Shown here piece after piece: positions 28,502 to 38,789 of a DNA stretch of 64,000 bases (position 1 is the stretch's first letter; each line of letters starts with the position of its first letter). The notes under the pieces were generated by a model, which was not told where the DNA came from, ran no database searches, and saw only the letters and a list, made by a program, of their open reading frames with translations. Origin of the DNA: Euryarchaeota archaeon UBA605 (GTDB lineage Archaea; Thermoplasmatota; Poseidoniia; Poseidoniales; Thalassarchaeaceae); the NCBI GenBank assembly GCA_002504905.1, contig DATY01000019.1, positions 30,326-94,325 of the forward strand, written 5' to 3'. The position numbers were made by a program, and so were the translations under genes.

Positions 28502-30673
28502 CTATATTGATTTAGTAAGTTTTTCCAATAATTCATTTGCAGCTTGATTACATTCCGCTGCACGGAAACGGTGTATTGCTTCTTGCCAATATGATAAACG
28601 ATTTGACTGATTAATTACTCCTCTCCAATACCAACATTGAGCACTCATCCTTCGATACGCTGCTAAATCTTCTCTCAATGGAACTTGAAATAATTTTTCA
28701 TGAGTTTCTAATAACCAATCTGGGAAATCTGGTTTTGTCACTTCTAGTGCAGAATGAATCATACTAATTTTCTTTAATTCGTCTGAGCAGTCTTCGATAA
28801 AAGAATGTACCGATTCTAATGTTAAATTCAATAACTCAGGAGTATTCGAGATTGCTAATCTAGCCCTTAAGTCAAGCATCAATAGATGTTCTTCATTATG
28901 AGAAAGTATAGTCTCTAACTCTGATCTTGATTGTGACGCCAGAGTCATATCTGAAATTTCCAAAGCGATTGAATTTTTCAATAGATTTATCGCTAGTTCA
29001 GCAGTAAAACGGTCAGTATCTGATAAATCTTGGAAATCTAAATTATAAATTTCCATAAGAATTTCTTTTGCTAATGAATTATTGATTTTTCTAGAAATTC
29101 TATCATCAAATTTTCTAACCAACATAGAAATCTTGAATCTAATCTTTTCTGCGGCAGATAATAATGACAAACAAGAATTTTCTAATTCACTTGCAGAATT
29201 AATATCGCCATTTATTCTGAGTAGTCTGGCTGTACGGAGCATCTTTTGAGGACTATCTTCAATCATAGAAAGATGATTCTCAATAATCTCATATTCAGCT
29301 CTTTCAAATGCAATATCAACTGCTTTGAAACGGAAAATCTCATCATCCTCAAATTTAATTGCATCCTCTATTAGTAATGCAGCAGTAGCACTATTTTCTT
29401 TTGAAATATTCGAAATTTTATCTATTAAAGTATTTTTTTCAAAATCATTAGAATTAATTTTATGATATGTTTCAATCCAAAGAGCCTTGTTTCCATCTAT
29501 TTCTGACCAGAAATTTGCTGCTTTCTTATGCATATCTTTTCTCTCAGTTTCACTCCACAAAGAACGACGAACATTTCTAATTAAATGGTGGGGTTCAGAT
29601 TTTCTTTGAAACCATCTTAAAATCGCTGAATCATCTAATTCACCTATCCCATCAGAATCAAAAATTTCATTTTCTTCCAGAGGTATAGGGCTCAAACTTA
29701 ATTCATCTAAAGTAGAAAGAGCATCTTCAGTTAATTTACTAATTACATTAGATTCTACAAAATTCTGTACGGCTTCGACTTCAGCGGGTAATTCACTCTC
29801 TGGACTCCAGAGATTTAACGCGAGAGGGTGCCCCCCTAATGCTGTAACAATCTCTGATGCTTTTTCTTGATCTATTTCTTTTGGAAGAAGGTTCTTAGCA
29901 TCATTTTCATCCAGTCCTAACAGGCGATATTCAGAAAATCCATCTAAATTGCTAAAAGGATTTGGTGAACGAACTATTACTAATACCGAAGCTTTACTAT
30001 CTTGTAGGTCAGTAAGTAGCTTTCCAATTCCCTCAATATGTCTAGAATGAACTTCTTGAAGTTCGTCAATAATCAATAAATTTTTGTTTTTACCACATAA
30101 TGTCACTAAAGCAGAAATATCACGTAAAGATTTTTTCTCAGTCCACTGGAGAGCAATTTCCGATATATCCGTATTTGAATAACATGTTGCCCACCTTACC
30201 GTCCATCCCAGATCAATTATTTCAGGGACTAGGTTTCTTACAAGACTAGTTTTACCTATTCCAGGTAGACCGCTCAAAAAAATACTATTTCCGTCAATAA
30301 TTAATTTATTTAAATTATTTTTGTCAATTTCCCTTCCAAATATTCCAGATAATTCAGGAATCTGACCAAAGTATTTACCAGATTTTATTGAAGAAATGTT
30401 TTCAAAAGTACTAGTTTTTTCTCTTCCAATAGAAGTAATATGTACCACTTTTCTTTTTCTTGAACCTCCCCCTATTACATGAGCGACACGAGTAAAAACA
30501 AGACCTTCTTCTTCAAGTCTAGATAGTGGTTTATGTAATGATGAACGAACTAGTCCTAGAGAGTCTGCAAGACCGGGTAATGAAAGTCCTCTAGGCACAT
30601 CCCAACTACTTTCTATTTCCTCACCAAACTCTGAAAGTCGGGAAAGAATGGCTCTCTCAGTGTCGCTGAGCAT
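28502..30673 (-). CDS. Winged-helix + STAND (NB-ARC-like) P-loop NTPase + helical repeat protein
   Basis: N-terminal wHTH (LADSLGLVRSSLHKPLSRLEEEGLV...ITSIG); FGRE, Walker A GLPGIGKT, Walker B LLIIDE, sensor R (IVRS), GxP motif GGHPLAL, HHLIR; alpha-helical C-terminus. Confidence 0.8.
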   Translation of the reverse strand: MLSDTERAILSRLSEFGEEIESSWDVPRGLSLPGLADSLGLVRSSLHKPLSRLEEEGLVFTRVAHVIGGGSRKRKVVHITSIGREKTSTFENISSIKSGKYFGQIPELSGIFGREIDKNNLNKLIIDGNSIFLSGLPGIGKTSLVRNLVPEIIDLGWTVRWATCYSNTDISEIALQWTEKKSLRDISALVTLCGKNKNLLIIDELQEVHSRHIEGIGKLLTDLQDSKASVLVIVRSPNPFSNLDGFSEYRLLGLDENDAKNLLPKEIDQEKASEIVTALGGHPLALNLWSPESELPAEVEAVQNFVESNVISKLTEDALSTLDELSLSPIPLEENEIFDSDGIGELDDSAILRWFQRKSEPHHLIRNVRRSLWSETERKDMHKKAANFWSEIDGNKALWIETYHKINSNDFEKNTLIDKISNISKENSATAALLIEDAIKFEDDEIFRFKAVDIAFERAEYEIIENHLSMIEDSPQKMLRTARLLRINGDINSASELENSCLSLLSAAEKIRFKISMLVRKFDDRISRKINNSLAKEILMEIYNLDFQDLSDTDRFTAELAINLLKNSIALEISDMTLASQSRSELETILSHNEEHLLMLDLRARLAISNTPELLNLTLESVHSFIEDCSDELKKISMIHSALEVTKPDFPDWLLETHEKLFQVPLREDLAAYRRMSAQCWYWRGVINQSNRLSYWQEAIHRFRAAECNQAANELLEKLTKSI

Positions 30674-30728
30674 GACACTCGAGTATGTCTAGGGTTCATG
30701 GGTATTCACCTATCCCGTTCATACTGTT

Positions 30729-32453
30729 ATGGCACTCGAGGGTAGTCAAATTGATTTTCCGAATAAGCCCGGAGTGTATCTTTTCAAGCAGAAAAATGAA
30801 CGTGTATTATATGTTGGCAAGGCTAATAATCTGAAAGAAAGGGTAAAATCTTATTTCTCAAAAAATCCTGATAGGAAGATGATCCCGCAACTAGTTTTAA
30901 ATTCTGAGAAGGTAGATTTTATTGTAACTCAGAATCCTAATGAAGCACTGGTTCTCGAAAGAGAATTGATTCGTAAGCATAAACCAAAATATAATTCCAG
31001 ATTGAAAGATGATAAATCATATCCATTTATTTCTCTTACAAATGAAGAGTATCCAAGAATTCTCTACACTAGATTTCCTGCAGAAAATGATAAACGTTGG
31101 GGACCTTTTCCCGATGCAGGTGCTGCAAAAAGAGTAATTCAACTTTTAAGGAGACAATTTGGAATTAGAGATAAAGATTGTAACGGAAAGGATGGGTGCT
31201 TCGCACAGCATATTGGACTCTGTAAAGGGCCATGTATTAATCCGGAAGGTTACTCTGAAGTTGTGAAAATGGTTACAAGCGTTTTAGATGGAAATGCAGG
31301 TAAACTAATTCAAGAACTTAATATTGAAATGAGTAAGTATTCTAAAGAATTAGAATATGAAAAGGCTGGAGATATAAGGGATTTGATTACTTCAGTTCAA
31401 TCAACTATCTCACAACAAATAATTAATTCAAGATTTTATCAGGACTGTGATGCAATAGGATTCTCTCAAAGAGAAGATTTTGCTGTGGTTGTGATACTTC
31501 ACGCTAAAGATGGGATTATCCAAGGTGAGGTAAACTATCCATTAATTCACAAGGGAGATATTTCTGAATCTGTTTCTCTAGTTTTGTCTGAACATTATTC
31601 TGAAAGAAAGCCACCTAAAACAATTCTTCTACCTACTCCAATTACAAAAGTAATGCAAGAATGGCTCTCAGAAAGAAAGGGGAAGAAAGTTGAAACTAGG
31701 ATTCCAATTAAGGGGGAGCTGGCTAAACTACAAAAAATGGCTACAAGAAATGCAGAGATTCAGGTTACTAGACAGAAAAATAAACGTTCAGGTAACTTAG
31801 AAAAAATTGCTGCAGAAGATGGAGCGAGATTATTGAAACTAGAATCTTTAGACCATATTGTTTGTTTCGATATGGCACAACTTCAAGGAAGCGAAAGAGT
31901 GGGTGCTTCAGTAGTATTTAGAAAAGGGAGACCTTCGAAAAAAGAGTATAGAACTTATAGAGTAAAAACAGAAGTTTTGGACGACCTTAGAATGATGTCT
32001 GAGGTAGTAGAAAGATGGTTGAAACGGCAAGATGAATGGCCAGATTTACTATTACTAGATGGAGGGAAAACCCATCTTAACAGTATAAATGACTTGTTAA
32101 AAAGAAGGAATTTAGAAGGTGCTTTCCCTGTTGCTGCATTAGCAAAAAAGGAAGAAACAATCTTCCGCCTGGGTAAAGAACCTATTAAAATCGATAGAAA
32201 AGGAAGAGTTTTGATTCATTCTAGAGATGAGGCGCATAGATTTGTTAATAAATTTCATCGTCAAAGAAGGGGAAAAAATACTTTGAAAAATCCTCTAGAG
32301 AATATTGAAGGGTTAGGGGCAAAAAAGATTCAAGCATTAATGGTTCATTTTGGAAGTTATAAAAAAATAAAATTTGCCTCTATTGAAGAACTTCAAAGGG
32401 TTCCAGGTATTGGTAAAGAAATGTCTAAGAAAATATATTCTGAACTAGTTTAA
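30729..32453 (+). CDS. uvrC: Excinuclease ABC subunit C
   Basis: GIY-YIG (PGVYLF...YVGKA), PKYNSRLKDDKSYP, 4-Cys cluster, UVR domain (YEKAGDIRD), CFDMA/LLLDGG/RDEAHRF endonuclease motifs, HhH repeats. Confidence 0.95.
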   Translation: MALEGSQIDFPNKPGVYLFKQKNERVLYVGKANNLKERVKSYFSKNPDRKMIPQLVLNSEKVDFIVTQNPNEALVLERELIRKHKPKYNSRLKDDKSYPFISLTNEEYPRILYTRFPAENDKRWGPFPDAGAAKRVIQLLRRQFGIRDKDCNGKDGCFAQHIGLCKGPCINPEGYSEVVKMVTSVLDGNAGKLIQELNIEMSKYSKELEYEKAGDIRDLITSVQSTISQQIINSRFYQDCDAIGFSQREDFAVVVILHAKDGIIQGEVNYPLIHKGDISESVSLVLSEHYSERKPPKTILLPTPITKVMQEWLSERKGKKVETRIPIKGELAKLQKMATRNAEIQVTRQKNKRSGNLEKIAAEDGARLLKLESLDHIVCFDMAQLQGSERVGASVVFRKGRPSKKEYRTYRVKTEVLDDLRMMSEVVERWLKRQDEWPDLLLLDGGKTHLNSINDLLKRRNLEGAFPVAALAKKEETIFRLGKEPIKIDRKGRVLIHSRDEAHRFVNKFHRQRRGKNTLKNPLENIEGLGAKKIQALMVHFGSYKKIKFASIEELQRVPGIGKEMSKKIYSELV

Positions 32454-32454
32454 T

Positions 32455-35433
32455 TCAGGAAGTATTGTCATTCTCATTATCATCTTTCTCAAAATATGAC
32501 TCGTTCGCAACAACTACTGGAGAATCCATGGAACCAAACACTTCAACTGCTGCAACTTCTGTAAGTTCACTTTGTAATAATTCCTGTTTTTGAATTTTTA
32601 ATAATCTTTTTTCTTTTCTTCTTCTTCTCACACGGACTGAGAACATTGCTAGCAATGAAATTAATAGAATAATGTATGGAATTAATTCAACAAAAATAAA
32701 TGACCAACTATACTCTAGACTAAATGTTACTAAGTCAGCATTTTTTTTGCAATCATACCAAGTTTGTGAGTCGGGACAAACCGGTGTGAGATATGTGATT
32801 ATCTGTCTACCTTCAACTTCAGAAATATCTCCAAGTCCCTTAGAACTTTCAAAAGAAGAAAATCTAATTTCATCTGGCATATGCATTACTATATATGATG
32901 AAGTGCGAATAGTTCCAAAAATAGTATATTCCATTATTGGGAAAATTTGTTGCTGAATCTGTGAATTCTCAAATGTAATTCCAAAGTCACTAGTGATTGG
33001 ATTTCCAAATGGCCATTGAAATAAATATTGAGAAGAAACATATGATGATCTGTGAACATCAAGATTGAGTTGATTATCAAGAGAAGATAGACTCATCTCA
33101 GCATTTTTAATTGACGCAGAGAAATTAATCGGATTCAAGTCTGAAGGAGTAATTGTTTCAGGAATTTGATAAATTTCAGGATTAAATTGGAAAGGAGTTC
33201 TGACTAAGTTGGTATTCAAATCATATTTTCCAAAACCGAAATCTAATGCGAAGTTAGAGAGCTCATTGTCACTAATCACTGAAGGAAATATCTCATTAAG
33301 ATCTTCAGCAAATTGGCTCATTCCTGAATTAGATATTGTCATATTTATCATTTTTCCATTACCAAAATCTAGAGGGGCTTTTATTTCGGAGCCACCTAAT
33401 AATCCTCCTTCACTATTTATTTGATTACCAAAAGATGGTGGTTTCCTATCACCAATAGCAATTGCTCTGCGAATTAAATCAGATGGAATTGGCTGTAACT
33501 CGATATTTTCTTCACCTAAATCGATATTTAATCGATGAATAGATAGAATTATTTCAGCATCAAAATCAATATTAATTTCTCCACTTAATTCATTTATTGC
33601 AATATTATCAATGAAAAATTCGGCTTTGGAAGTAATACATGTAGCTTGTTTAGATGAACAAATCAAATCATCTGAAGAGTCTTCACAAGGCACTGAATTT
33701 AAACAGATTGGATGTTGCCAATCAAAAATTCTTGTCCCTTCAAATCCAGACTCATAGTTTTCATCTTCATGGAATAATGAATTAATTACAATCGATCTAT
33801 CCTCTTGATTCGTAGAACGAATCCATTCAGGGAGAAGTAATTCTAGATTTATATTCGTATTTGGAAAATCTTCGGGTAAAATTTCCTGTAACCATCCAGA
33901 GTTAGAAGAAAAATTCACTTCTACTACACTCATCATTGCTGCAAAATCTTCATCATTAACTATTGAAAAGTCCAAAGTAGAAACATCACCAAGACTGGAA
34001 CCTAGTATATTCTGAATAATATTGGACATTTGAACTTGAACTGGCTGAGAACTTGATTGAATATATATTGGATAATTACCTGACATGGGTGTTTCATCGT
34101 CCAAACAGTATCTAACTTCTAACATTTCATTACAAGTTTCTCCATTTTGATGTCTGAAGTCCAATCCTCCAGAATCATCTGAGGAAGAAAAAATTGGTTG
34201 GATAAAATCTATCTGAGTACCAAATAATTCGGAAAAACCTGTAGATATTTCACCTATTGGAATTCCTTGAATTAGTGGCGATAAATCCTCTTCTAACTCA
34301 TAATCTAGCATTCTGATTCCATCTGATGTGATTATTGGGATATTCATCTCATCGTCTTCGAAATCAACTAGCCAATTATTCAAAGCATCCGAAGTAAGAT
34401 AATGTATGGATAATATCATTTCAATCTCAGTATTACTCGATTCTCTAGCATCGATAAATACATCTATTGATAGAGAAGGTTGATGATCATCAATTGATAA
34501 TATTAAAGACGGGTCTCTATTTTTAATTCTCATCACTAGATTTTCTGAAAGGTCAGAATTTATATTCTCAGGTACAGTATTGTCAAGAGACAGATGACCG
34601 TAGTTTTGAGGCAATTGATTTGGATTATTTTTTGTAAGTAATATACCAGGATTTTCTACTCCAAATGCTGTTGAATAATCTGGAGGAGAAACTGTTAATT
34701 CTACATAATGACCAGGTAGTGCCTTGGCATTAAATGAAGATTCAACATCTCCTCCCATCAACAGAAGTCCTCGGATAGTCCTGTCTAAATCTCCAGTATT
34801 TTCTTTTATTCCAAGATTATCTGGATTGAGAGTTAAGATAAATACACCTCTGAAACATAATGGGGGATTAAATGGATCATTCATAATTCCATTCACTTCA
34901 TCAATTGAATCTTGAGAATTATCGTAAGTACATTGTAGGTTTCCAATAGAAGAAAAATCTATTGAAGAAATAGTGTTTAATAGAGAATCCTCAGTATAGT
35001 CGAAATTATCTTCGATATATTCTCTCATATTCGTCTGAATTAAAGAAATCATTCTTTCTTCGATTGTAAAACCGTTTCTTTCAAGATCAAGATAATTTCT
35101 TATGTAATCAGCCGGAATTCCATCTTCAAAATTACTATCTCCTTGCAGATCTAAGTCTTCCAAGTCTAAATCAGAACGAGATAATTCATGAACAGCAGTT
35201 GATATCGTTAAAGAAACACTATCTGCATTAACCACGTTGACCACAATGGATGATTTAATCCATTCATCAAAAGTTGAACCATCTAGATTAGATTGATAAT
35301 CATCACAAATGCCATTCTGACTATTCCATGTGGAACAAATATCGTTTCCTACTTCAGGTTCTCCAGGAGGCGGAGATGCTGAATAAACTGGAAAAATTAG
35401 CAACATTACCAGTAACATTGCTACACGCTGCAT
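32455..35433 (-). CDS. Hypothetical secreted acidic surface protein with C-terminal TM and basic stop-transfer; three internal repeats
   Basis: Signal peptide; TM followed by RVRRRRKEKR; recurring 'S(I/V)H.L...(P/T)(A/S)D.IR' motif. Confidence 0.7.
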   Translation of the reverse strand: MQRVAMLLVMLLIFPVYSASPPPGEPEVGNDICSTWNSQNGICDDYQSNLDGSTFDEWIKSSIVVNVVNADSVSLTISTAVHELSRSDLDLEDLDLQGDSNFEDGIPADYIRNYLDLERNGFTIEERMISLIQTNMREYIEDNFDYTEDSLLNTISSIDFSSIGNLQCTYDNSQDSIDEVNGIMNDPFNPPLCFRGVFILTLNPDNLGIKENTGDLDRTIRGLLLMGGDVESSFNAKALPGHYVELTVSPPDYSTAFGVENPGILLTKNNPNQLPQNYGHLSLDNTVPENINSDLSENLVMRIKNRDPSLILSIDDHQPSLSIDVFIDARESSNTEIEMILSIHYLTSDALNNWLVDFEDDEMNIPIITSDGIRMLDYELEEDLSPLIQGIPIGEISTGFSELFGTQIDFIQPIFSSSDDSGGLDFRHQNGETCNEMLEVRYCLDDETPMSGNYPIYIQSSSQPVQVQMSNIIQNILGSSLGDVSTLDFSIVNDEDFAAMMSVVEVNFSSNSGWLQEILPEDFPNTNINLELLLPEWIRSTNQEDRSIVINSLFHEDENYESGFEGTRIFDWQHPICLNSVPCEDSSDDLICSSKQATCITSKAEFFIDNIAINELSGEINIDFDAEIILSIHRLNIDLGEENIELQPIPSDLIRRAIAIGDRKPPSFGNQINSEGGLLGGSEIKAPLDFGNGKMINMTISNSGMSQFAEDLNEIFPSVISDNELSNFALDFGFGKYDLNTNLVRTPFQFNPEIYQIPETITPSDLNPINFSASIKNAEMSLSSLDNQLNLDVHRSSYVSSQYLFQWPFGNPITSDFGITFENSQIQQQIFPIMEYTIFGTIRTSSYIVMHMPDEIRFSSFESSKGLGDISEVEGRQIITYLTPVCPDSQTWYDCKKNADLVTFSLEYSWSFIFVELIPYIILLISLLAMFSVRVRRRRKEKRLLKIQKQELLQSELTEVAAVEVFGSMDSPVVVANESYFEKDDNENDNTS

Positions 35434-35490
35434 GATTGTTGCAAAAAGTCATCTACCATAAGTCTGAATCCATCCTGCATCTCCGAAGTA

Positions 35491-36390
35491 TTGATGAGTA
35501 GGGGAAATCCTGGTTCTCGACTTCGAGAAAATATTCATTCTTTACTCAAATTGAAAGGGATAGATGATGAAATATTAGTTAAATTATTAGACGATGTTCC
35601 AAGACGCTGGGAAAGATTCGATGATGTTGCCATAATTCCAAGTTCATCTTTTAGGATGGTTGAATGGGAGTCGATTATCGATAATGAATTTTGGATCAAA
35701 GTTTGTCAGAGTTTGAATGTAGATAGATTAGCTAGATCTGGAGAAATAATTGGTGAAAAGAGAGAATCAACTGTAGAGATGTTAGTTGGAAATAATGATT
35801 GGGTAATAAGAAAAGAAAATGGTATAAAATATGGGTATAACATTACTCAGTGTATGTTCTCTTCGGGCAATATTAATGAAAGAAGAAGAATGGGTGAAAT
35901 AGTCACAGAAAATGAAATAGTAGTTGATTTATTCTGTGGAATTGGATATTATACTCTACCAATATTAGTAAAAAATAATCTTGTACATGTTTATTCTTGC
36001 GAATGGAATACTAATGCAATTAATGCATTAAGATTTAATCTTGAAAATAATAATGTGTATAGAAAATGTACAATTCTTGAGGGAGATAATCGGGAAACTA
36101 CTGATGAATTAGGGAACAAAGCAGATAGAGTATTACTAGGACTTCTACCAACTGCAGAAGACTCCTACAATGTGGCTTTGAAATGTATGAAAGAAAAGGG
36201 AGGAGTTCTACATATTCATGGATTGGCTCCCTCTAATAATCATCAAGAATTCCTCTCTGAAACTACGGAAAAATTACTCAAAATTAATTTGAATTACAAG
36301 ATAATAAACAGTAAAATAAACAAAATTAAATCTTATGCACCACATTGGGACCATTTAGTTTTAGATATTGAAATAGAAAATAATTCATGA
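35491..36390 (+). CDS. SAM-dependent tRNA wyosine-pathway transferase (Taw2/TYW2; Trm5/Met-10 family)
   Basis: KENG..Y, MFSSGNINERRRM, VVDLFCGIGYYTLP, EWN, ADRVLLG, KSYAP. Confidence 0.8.
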   Translation: MMSRGNPGSRLRENIHSLLKLKGIDDEILVKLLDDVPRRWERFDDVAIIPSSSFRMVEWESIIDNEFWIKVCQSLNVDRLARSGEIIGEKRESTVEMLVGNNDWVIRKENGIKYGYNITQCMFSSGNINERRRMGEIVTENEIVVDLFCGIGYYTLPILVKNNLVHVYSCEWNTNAINALRFNLENNNVYRKCTILEGDNRETTDELGNKADRVLLGLLPTAEDSYNVALKCMKEKGGVLHIHGLAPSNNHQEFLSETTEKLLKINLNYKIINSKINKIKSYAPHWDHLVLDIEIENNS

Positions 36391-36458
36391 ATTGATTTGG
36401 AGAATTGATTACACAAAAAAACAGTCTATATTTTATCCTATCATAAATTCCGAAGAGC

Positions 36459-38231
36459 ATGCGCACTCTCGCACTCATGATTTGTCTACTCATGATAGTG
36501 CCAACGTTAGCAGGTTGTTTTACTGAGGACACAGAAAAAGTTAGCAACAATGATGAGTGGTGGGACACTCCCATCCATGAAAGAGAAAATATGGAATTAA
36601 ATATGACAGGATGGAGAAGTCAACTACCTGTAGAAGGAATCTACTCATGGTCAGGTCCAACTGAACACTTCGTAGAAGTCGAACTACCTCTCTCCGAACA
36701 AGATGTAGGTTATCCTGAACCAGCTTTAATGCACGTTTCCTTGTGGATGCCCGATGTTCCTAATGGGACAAAAGTTCCTGTAATTGCAACAGTACATCCA
36801 TACTATGATTTTGGAGGTGAAGGAATCGCTGGCGAAGATTCGAACCCTAATACTGTTCCAGATGCTGGAGTAGGTTTGTGGGTTCTAGAAGAATTTGTAC
36901 CTCATGGATATGCCCTTGCACAAATTTCTACATTTGGCACAGGTAAGTCGACTCATTGTCAAGACGTAAAGGGACTTGGAGAACAAATTGGAATACAAGC
37001 TGCAGTTCATTGGCTTGGTGAACAAGATTGGTCAAATGGAAATGTTGGTTTAATGGGAAAATCATATGCGGGAACAACCAATTGGGAAGCCGCTCAAAAT
37101 CCATCTGAACATTTGAAAACTATTGTTCCAATATCGGGTTCTATAGGAGTTCAACAAATGTTCTACAGAAATGGATCTAGTGAAGCTAGAGCTATGCTGT
37201 ATGATGTTCTGTATGAGGGGGCAACTGCTGATGCCACAAGCGATGATATGAGATTCTGTACCGATGATGCAATCGGTCCTTTGAGTCCATTTACAACTTG
37301 GTTTGGAGCGGGACTAGGTGGAGATGAATGGAATGATTATTGGGAAGAAAGATACCATTTACAAGATGTTATTGATAATTACAATGGTAGTGTATACATT
37401 GTTTGGGGTTTACAAGATTGGAATGTTGATCCATATCATGCATTCCCAACGCATCAATTATTGAAAGATGCAGGAATAAATGTTCGTTCGATTGCTGGAC
37501 AATGGGGGCATAATTATCCTGACCAACAAAGTGTCCATGAGGGATTAGAATCAGGATATGGTGCTGAAGCATTCCCGAGTGTAACTAGAATGGATTGGGC
37601 TGTTGAGTTATTTCCATGGTTTGAATATTACTTGAAAGGTATAGGGGAAGAACCGGAATCCTATGTTCAAGTACAAAGAAATGATGGAGAATGGCATATT
37701 GAAGGAACTTGGCCTGCTGAAGATACTAATAATGTACAATATGCAATTGCGGATTGGGAAGGAGGGATGTCAGGAACAGTTAATTCTCAACAATCAATGA
37801 CTATAACAAGTCAACCATTTACTGAAGATATGCACATCTCTGGACTACCAACATTACATATAGATGCTAGAACAAATACTTGTAATGGTGGACAATTATT
37901 CGTAACAATGTTCGATGGAACTTCAGGTTTAAGATTAGGGCATGCAACTATGGATGTCAGATATAGGGATGGAGGATATGATGCCAAACCAACATCTCCT
38001 ATGACCAGTTATAGAATGCTGATGGAATTTAATCCAATGGATGTTATTATCCCTAAGGGGCATACAATTCAATTGGTAGTTACTGAATCCGGAGAAGACT
38101 ACTTGCCCTCACCATGTGCTTCTGTGGGAATGACGATATTTGCAGGTTATCAAGTACTTACATTACCCACCTTAGATAGGCCATTAGATCATGAAAACTG
38201 GTTTAATGCTCCAAACTGGTGGGATGAATAA
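36459..38231 (+). CDS. Lipoprotein, CocE/NonD (S15 X-Pro dipeptidyl-peptidase-like) serine hydrolase
   Basis: Lipobox LAGC; WSNGNVGLMGKSYAG nucleophile; GLQDWNV (Asp); GQWGH (His); C-terminal jelly-roll domain. Confidence 0.88.
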   Translation: MRTLALMICLLMIVPTLAGCFTEDTEKVSNNDEWWDTPIHERENMELNMTGWRSQLPVEGIYSWSGPTEHFVEVELPLSEQDVGYPEPALMHVSLWMPDVPNGTKVPVIATVHPYYDFGGEGIAGEDSNPNTVPDAGVGLWVLEEFVPHGYALAQISTFGTGKSTHCQDVKGLGEQIGIQAAVHWLGEQDWSNGNVGLMGKSYAGTTNWEAAQNPSEHLKTIVPISGSIGVQQMFYRNGSSEARAMLYDVLYEGATADATSDDMRFCTDDAIGPLSPFTTWFGAGLGGDEWNDYWEERYHLQDVIDNYNGSVYIVWGLQDWNVDPYHAFPTHQLLKDAGINVRSIAGQWGHNYPDQQSVHEGLESGYGAEAFPSVTRMDWAVELFPWFEYYLKGIGEEPESYVQVQRNDGEWHIEGTWPAEDTNNVQYAIADWEGGMSGTVNSQQSMTITSQPFTEDMHISGLPTLHIDARTNTCNGGQLFVTMFDGTSGLRLGHATMDVRYRDGGYDAKPTSPMTSYRMLMEFNPMDVIIPKGHTIQLVVTESGEDYLPSPCASVGMTIFAGYQVLTLPTLDRPLDHENWFNAPNWWDE

Positions 38232-38763
38232 TTGGGATATTCTTTAATTTACCAAGACATTCTTTATGAAAATAATTACTCCGAAATTTACGTGAACTGC
38301 GTTTTACAACAAACCCACATTTCGAACATGTCCAGGCCCATCGAGCCTTGATTTCTTGTAATTCACTAGTTAATTGTCTACCAATAATATTCATTTGTTT
38401 TTTCCTTGGCCAAAGATTTTCTAATTGACGAAATTTTTTATCATGAGAAAAATTTCCTAAACAATGTATATATTCGTGAAAAAGAACAAATTCAGCATAT
38501 TGTGAATATGACTTTTCAAACAGTTTTTGGTTTAGTCTAATCATGCAATTAGTAGGACTAATTTTTTTAGATTTGTCTAAATTGGTTGTGAGACCATGTC
38601 TAGAAATAGAGTTTCTTGAAAGAAAAGATATTTCTATCCGATATAATTGTAAAAGTTCTTTTTCTGAAAAAAATCTCTCATTATTTTTATCAACAAAAGT
38701 TCTCATTCTAGATAGTACATTATATCTTAATTGTGATAGGATTTCATAATCACTATTATCCAT
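38203..38763 (-). CDS. SprT-like zinc metalloprotease with C-terminal Zn ribbon
   Basis: IRLN, HEYIH, HDKKF, then CSKC...HKEC.G.L. Confidence 0.75.
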   Translation of the reverse strand: MDNSDYEILSQLRYNVLSRMRTFVDKNNERFFSEKELLQLYRIEISFLSRNSISRHGLTTNLDKSKKISPTNCMIRLNQKLFEKSYSQYAEFVLFHEYIHCLGNFSHDKKFRQLENLWPRKKQMNIIGRQLTSELQEIKARWAWTCSKCGFVVKRSSRKFRSNYFHKECLGKLKNIPIIHPTSLEH

Positions 38764-38789
38764 AATAATAACTCTTTAGAGTAAGAAAT

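Noticed and set aside
28502..30673. Calling the STAND protein an Avs antiviral defence system
   Set aside because: No nuclease, SIR2, TIR or protease effector and no defence-island context; kept only as a probable regulator
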